Assembly (NCBI GenBank): GCA_045105515.1
Contig: JBGCDR010000045.1
Location: forward strand, 1-64,000
Length of the DNA stretch: 64,000 nucleotides
DNA from: Oligoflexales bacterium
GTDB taxonomy: Bacteria; Bdellovibrionota_B; Oligoflexia; Oligoflexales; Bog-1112
Reading direction: 5' to 3'
Positions 60,006 through 64,000 of the stretch are shown here, one piece after another. The notes under the pieces were generated by a model. It was given only the letters and a program-made list of their open reading frames with translations, was not told where the DNA came from and made no database searches. The position numbers and the translations under genes are program-made. Each line of letters starts with the position of its first letter. Position 1 is the stretch's first letter.

Positions 60006-61183
60006 TGAACCGCTTTTCTTTTATTGTTCTAATTTGGTTTAATTGTTTGCTACCTTCTTTGCTAGGAGGAGTAAGTACTGACAAAGAACTCGGACTCGAA
60101 GTACTATGGGATCTCGAATTAGAGCGCTTTAGGGTTTTTCGTCCCCATGGTAAAGCCCAGATAGATTTTGACTCAGAATCTGGGATGTACAATATGAGTC
60201 TTTCATTTTTGGCCTGGATGAATGAAGCAGCTGATGTGGAAAATCAGTTGGACCAATCTAGAATTGAAGCCCGTTCTGCGCTGTTTAATTTCTTTTTTGA
60301 CTCTTACCTTGTCTCAATAGGTCAGATGATTGTTGATTGGGGTGAAACTTTTGGCTATCGGCCTTCGGATTTAGTAAATGCGAGGGATTTAAGGAATTTC
60401 CCACCTCTAGATCTTGATGCTAATAAAATTCCTGTAACAGCAATGAGATTTGCAGGTTCGTTAGATTTTCTGCAAGGAGAATTCATTTTTAGTCCCTTGA
60501 GTTCCTACCCTCTATTGCCTAAACGTCTTGCTGACGGTAGTACCTTACGAGCTCCAACGAGGAACGAATCATGGTTTGAACAATCTGAATATGGGATGAA
60601 GCTAGGTATCTTACTTGGCTCGGGAAATATAGACTTTTATACCTACAAGCATCTTAATCGGATCCCTATACTAGACTTAAGCTCTGAAGGATGGAGGTCT
60701 CATTACGAGATTCTAGATTCTTTTGGTCTGAACTCTGCATTTAGTTTTGATAGTTTTGTAATTCGATGCGATGGACTTTTAAGTCCACGTCACCCCATAC
60801 TCGTGCGAGCGTTTTCAGATTTGAAGGAGTATGACAGGTACTTCTCTTTGACTTTTGGTTTAGACTGGAGCTATGAGCAGGTGTCCTTGCTGGGATTGCA
60901 GGCTCACCTTGAACGTTACCCTATTAAAAAAGAACCAAACCAAAAAGGCATTAGTATGCAAGCTCGTCATGAACTATCGAATTTTAATGTTAGCCTTGCT
61001 CTCTCACTTTATCGGGGTTTTATCCACAAAGATCACCGTGAGGAGATCAAACTAAGCAAGAAGGTTGGGCCTAACTTAGATTTAAGCATTGGGCTTGAGC
61101 GTCTGTTCTGGGTTGAAAATTCACCTATTGCCTTGACAGCAAATTCGCGAAGCTTTACTGGCAAGATAGCCTATCAATTTTGA
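60005..61183 (+). CDS. putative outer membrane beta-barrel (DUF1302-like)
   Basis: signal peptide; IGQMIVDWG...PSDLVN motif; alternating strands; C-terminal Phe (IAYQF). Confidence 0.6.
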   Translation: MNRFSFIVLIWFNCLLPSLLGGVSTDKELGLEVLWDLELERFRVFRPHGKAQIDFDSESGMYNMSLSFLAWMNEAADVENQLDQSRIEARSALFNFFFDSYLVSIGQMIVDWGETFGYRPSDLVNARDLRNFPPLDLDANKIPVTAMRFAGSLDFLQGEFIFSPLSSYPLLPKRLADGSTLRAPTRNESWFEQSEYGMKLGILLGSGNIDFYTYKHLNRIPILDLSSEGWRSHYEILDSFGLNSAFSFDSFVIRCDGLLSPRHPILVRAFSDLKEYDRYFSLTFGLDWSYEQVSLLGLQAHLERYPIKKEPNQKGISMQARHELSNFNVSLALSLYRGFIHKDHREEIKLSKKVGPNLDLSIGLERLFWVENSPIALTANSRSFTGKIAYQF

Positions 61184-61192
61184 GGAAGGCTT

Positions 61193-62152
61193 ATGCATAA
61201 AATTAAGGTTTTATATAACAAGAAAGCATCTCAGGAGAGCTCGAAATCCTGGCGAAAAGAAATAGAGTTGAAACTATTCCGCAGTAAAGTTGATTTTATT
61301 ACAGCTGAGTCGCGCGAAGAGTTTGTAGATAAACTAAAAATCGTTTCCTCAACAAATACTGATGCTGTGATTTGTGTTGGCGGAGATGGTACCTTTAATA
61401 CTATCTTACAAGAACTTTCACGGATTAAAATCCCCTTTTTAGTTGTTCCAACCGGAACCGCAAATGACTTGGCTCACGACCTTGGAATGGATGGTAAAAT
61501 CGGAAAAGCCATAGAATCTGTACGCTCAGGCCAATGCAAAGTTATTGATTTGATTAAAGTTAATGATCAACTTATGGCAAGCAATGGAGGAATTGGTTTA
61601 GTTGGAGAAGTAGCGGGTATGGTGAATCGCTACCGAGATACCGTTCCAGGTTTTAAGCAGGCTATGCGCTTGCTTAAGAGTCATACTTATAGCGTTATGG
61701 TAGCTTCTCGTTTGTTTCAGCCTTTTAAACCCGTTGTAATGAAGATTGAGTCTGATGGGTTTGAAGGTGAAATATCCTCAGGTCTTCTCTTGGTTAATAA
61801 TCAGCCTTGCATAGGTGGTCATTTTGTCATTGCTCCAGATACACAAAATAGTGATGGACATTTCAACGTTACCATATTCACACATAATTCAAGGATTTCA
61901 ATTGCAGCAGCTATTCTAAGAGTACTCCGGGGTTTGCCTCTGGATCATGATCCCGGAATCATCACCTTTGAAACTTCAGAATTAAAAGTAAAGGCTTCCA
62001 GTCCACTCAGATTTTTTGGAGATGGAGAACTATTAACTGAAGATAAAAATATACGTTTTTCATTGTTGCCTAAGGCCATCAAAATCTTTCAACCATTTTG
62101 TAGCCAAACAAACTATGCTAAGCCCATAGCAGCTATGGAGCAATTAATATGA
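61193..62152 (+). CDS. diacylglycerol/sphingosine kinase family (YegS/DgkB-like)
   Basis: VGGDGT, PTGTANDLA, IDL, NNQPCIGG, GDGE. Confidence 0.88.
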   Translation: MHKIKVLYNKKASQESSKSWRKEIELKLFRSKVDFITAESREEFVDKLKIVSSTNTDAVICVGGDGTFNTILQELSRIKIPFLVVPTGTANDLAHDLGMDGKIGKAIESVRSGQCKVIDLIKVNDQLMASNGGIGLVGEVAGMVNRYRDTVPGFKQAMRLLKSHTYSVMVASRLFQPFKPVVMKIESDGFEGEISSGLLLVNNQPCIGGHFVIAPDTQNSDGHFNVTIFTHNSRISIAAAILRVLRGLPLDHDPGIITFETSELKVKASSPLRFFGDGELLTEDKNIRFSLLPKAIKIFQPFCSQTNYAKPIAAMEQLI

Positions 62153-63189
62153 GTAAAATCTTCGTTACGGGTGGCACTGGATTTTTAGGAAGACTGGTTC
62201 TTGAACAATTGCTAACCAATGGGCATGAGGTGGTTGCTCTTGCCCGTAAACGTAGTTTGAGCACCATTGATATCGAGAATTGCTCAATGCTTAAATGGGT
62301 TGAAGGAGATATTTGTGAGGCGCAGGTTTTAGCTAATCCTGATGACTTTGAAATCCTAGCTGACTGTAAGCAAATCATCCATGCTGCAGCCCTATATGAT
62401 CTGACTGCTTCCCCTTCGCTACTCTACGATGCAAATGTTGTAGGAACCCATAATATCCTTTCTTTAGCGGAAAAAATTAAAAATTTAGAAGCATTTCACC
62501 ATATCAGTACCCTAGCTATTGCTGGCGATTATAAAGGCATATTTACTGAGGAAATGTTCGACGAAGGGCAAGAATTTCCCGAAGCTTACAGCTCAACCAA
62601 ATTTGCTGCAGAGGGATGTATCAGGCAATGGTTAAGCCCTGTTTCAAAGTATATTCATCGCTTAGGAGTGGTGGTCGGGCACAGTAAAACGGGAGTATTT
62701 ACAAAAGTTGATGGCCCTTATTATTTAATTCGAGGTCTTAAACGTTTACTGAATTTGTTACCCTGGTTGCGGTTAAGCCCAATTTACCCGATTCCATACT
62801 GTGAAAAAGCACGGATCTTTTTGGTGCCTGTTGATGTTGCTGTAAATGCATTGGTACAGGTAGTAAATTCACCAATAAAGCCGATCAGAGGATTAATTAA
62901 GACTTATCATATCATGGGTGAACTTGGGGGAATTCCTATTCGTTTTCTCTTGGAAAGGGTCTTTGGTGAGTTCAAATGTGGTCATATGTTCACTCCTTTT
63001 CCATCCAGCCCTCTAACCGAAGTGAGTTTAAAAGCACTTGGGATACCTAAGCAGACTGAAGTTTATATGCGGTCAAAATGCAGGTTTACCACAAATAAAA
63101 TTTGCAAAGATTATCCTACTATTATCTTTCCAAAATTTGAAGATTATGGGCCATCTATGCTTAAATATGCTCGGCAGAATCTAATTTAA
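62149..63189 (+). CDS. extended SDR / fatty acyl reductase-like (NAD_binding_4)
   Basis: VTGGTGFLG, HAAALYDL, NVVGT, YSSTKFAAE, VVGHSKTG...DGPYY. Confidence 0.8.
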   Translation: MSKIFVTGGTGFLGRLVLEQLLTNGHEVVALARKRSLSTIDIENCSMLKWVEGDICEAQVLANPDDFEILADCKQIIHAAALYDLTASPSLLYDANVVGTHNILSLAEKIKNLEAFHHISTLAIAGDYKGIFTEEMFDEGQEFPEAYSSTKFAAEGCIRQWLSPVSKYIHRLGVVVGHSKTGVFTKVDGPYYLIRGLKRLLNLLPWLRLSPIYPIPYCEKARIFLVPVDVAVNALVQVVNSPIKPIRGLIKTYHIMGELGGIPIRFLLERVFGEFKCGHMFTPFPSSPLTEVSLKALGIPKQTEVYMRSKCRFTTNKICKDYPTIIFPKFEDYGPSMLKYARQNLI

Positions 63190-63203
63190 AATGGGACGAT
63201 CTC

Positions 63204-64000
63204 ATGAAATATATAGTCAGCATTTCTTTTGGCACCTCTAAACAGAATTATGATCGCACTTTCAAATTCCGTGACAACTCTGTCCGCATTTCCCAGTATG
63301 GCGCAGATTTTGATACCACCGTGGTAGCTCATTTATTAAAGAAATTTGATGGTCATTGTGATGTAATCGCTTTGTCAGGATTTCAACCACCGGTTAGAGT
63401 GGGTCGTAAGACTTTTCATCATCCTGATTCAGAGCGGCTTAAGTCAATTCCAAAAAAAACTCCAATCACTATGGGTTATGTGTTTCATAGATCATTTTTT
63501 CCGTGGGCTGTAGGGCGCTCGGGCATAGGTAAAAGACTTTTTCAGCAGTCTGCTATTCTCTTTGCCTCTGGCTTAGCAAGCCAAGGAATGGCAGAAACAT
63601 TGTCTGAGTATACACAAAAACTATATTTTGCAGATCCGGTGTTTCATTGGGGTCTTCCTCACTATCTTTACGGTTTAGAGGAACTCTCAGACTACGTTAG
63701 TCGGTTTGCTCCACTCCTGCGTTTGAAGACTTTTGCTAAGACCTCAAGAAATGTTTGTATCTTCCCTAAATGGGCAAGTATGCACCCACGCTTTCAACAA
63801 ATTGAGCAAGCGGAGATCTTCGTTGCAACCGCAACCTTAGCTGAGCGGTTTGAATATGGTACCTTTAAGGATAAAATTCTTTTACTTGATCATGTACCAG
63901 TGCATCTATCCAGACAACTGAAGCGAGCAGGAGTTCAAGAGATCCTTTGCTTTCTTCCAGATCAGCCCTTTATTGATACACCTGCAAGCTTGAGTTACGG
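63204..64000 (+). CDS. partial CDS truncated by window end; uncharacterised family often labelled quinate/shikimate dehydrogenase-like
   Basis: translated by hand: MKYIVSISFGTSKQNYDRTF...QYGADFD...FDGHCDVIALSG...FADPVFHWGLP; no stop in the part I translated. Confidence 0.55.
   Translation, partial: MKYIVSISFGTSKQNYDRTFKFRDNSVRISQYGADFDTTVVAHLLKKFDGHCDVIALSGFQPPVRVGRKTFHHPDSERLKSIPKKTPITMGYVFHRSFFPWAVGRSGIGKRLFQQSAILFASGLASQGMAETLSEYTQKLYFADPVFHWGLPHYLYGLEELSDYVSRFAPLLRLKTFAKTSRNVCIFPKWASMHPRFQQIEQAEIFVATATLAERFEYGTFKDKILLLDHVPVHLSRQLKRAGVQEILCFLPDQPFIDTPASLSY

Overview
AT-rich bacterial chromosomal window with about 50 CDSs and no rRNA, tRNA, CRISPR array, integrase or transposase that I can support. 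The style of fliM, proS and dnaE and the signalling content suggest a Bdellovibrionota/Oligoflexia-like or deltaproteobacterial lineage (inference). Housekeeping genes (greB, era, trmO, ade, proS, pepQ, fliM, guaB, guaA, dnaE, recJ, ctaA, tatA) are mixed with unusual accessory genes. Most interesting: (1) an orphan DHH protein resembling the type III CRISPR-associated NrN phosphodiesterase, with no cas or corA nearby; (2) three dispersed paralogs of a pseudo-receiver/TPR protein with a conserved PG-x-x-CC tail; (3) a cheA-cheW operon with a soluble, internally duplicated Cache-like protein carrying a degenerate MCP tip; (4) six sigma28 (FliA)-like promoters in front of an unexpected gene set; (5) a structured leader RNA ahead of a degenerate antitoxin/GNAT-like pair just after guaA; (6) a ferritin-like diiron plus ATP-grasp fusion; (7) an acidic/Lys-rich diblock histone H1-like protein; (8) a lipid synthesis/export-like operon running off the right edge. 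All family assignments come from motif recognition by eye; no searches were run.
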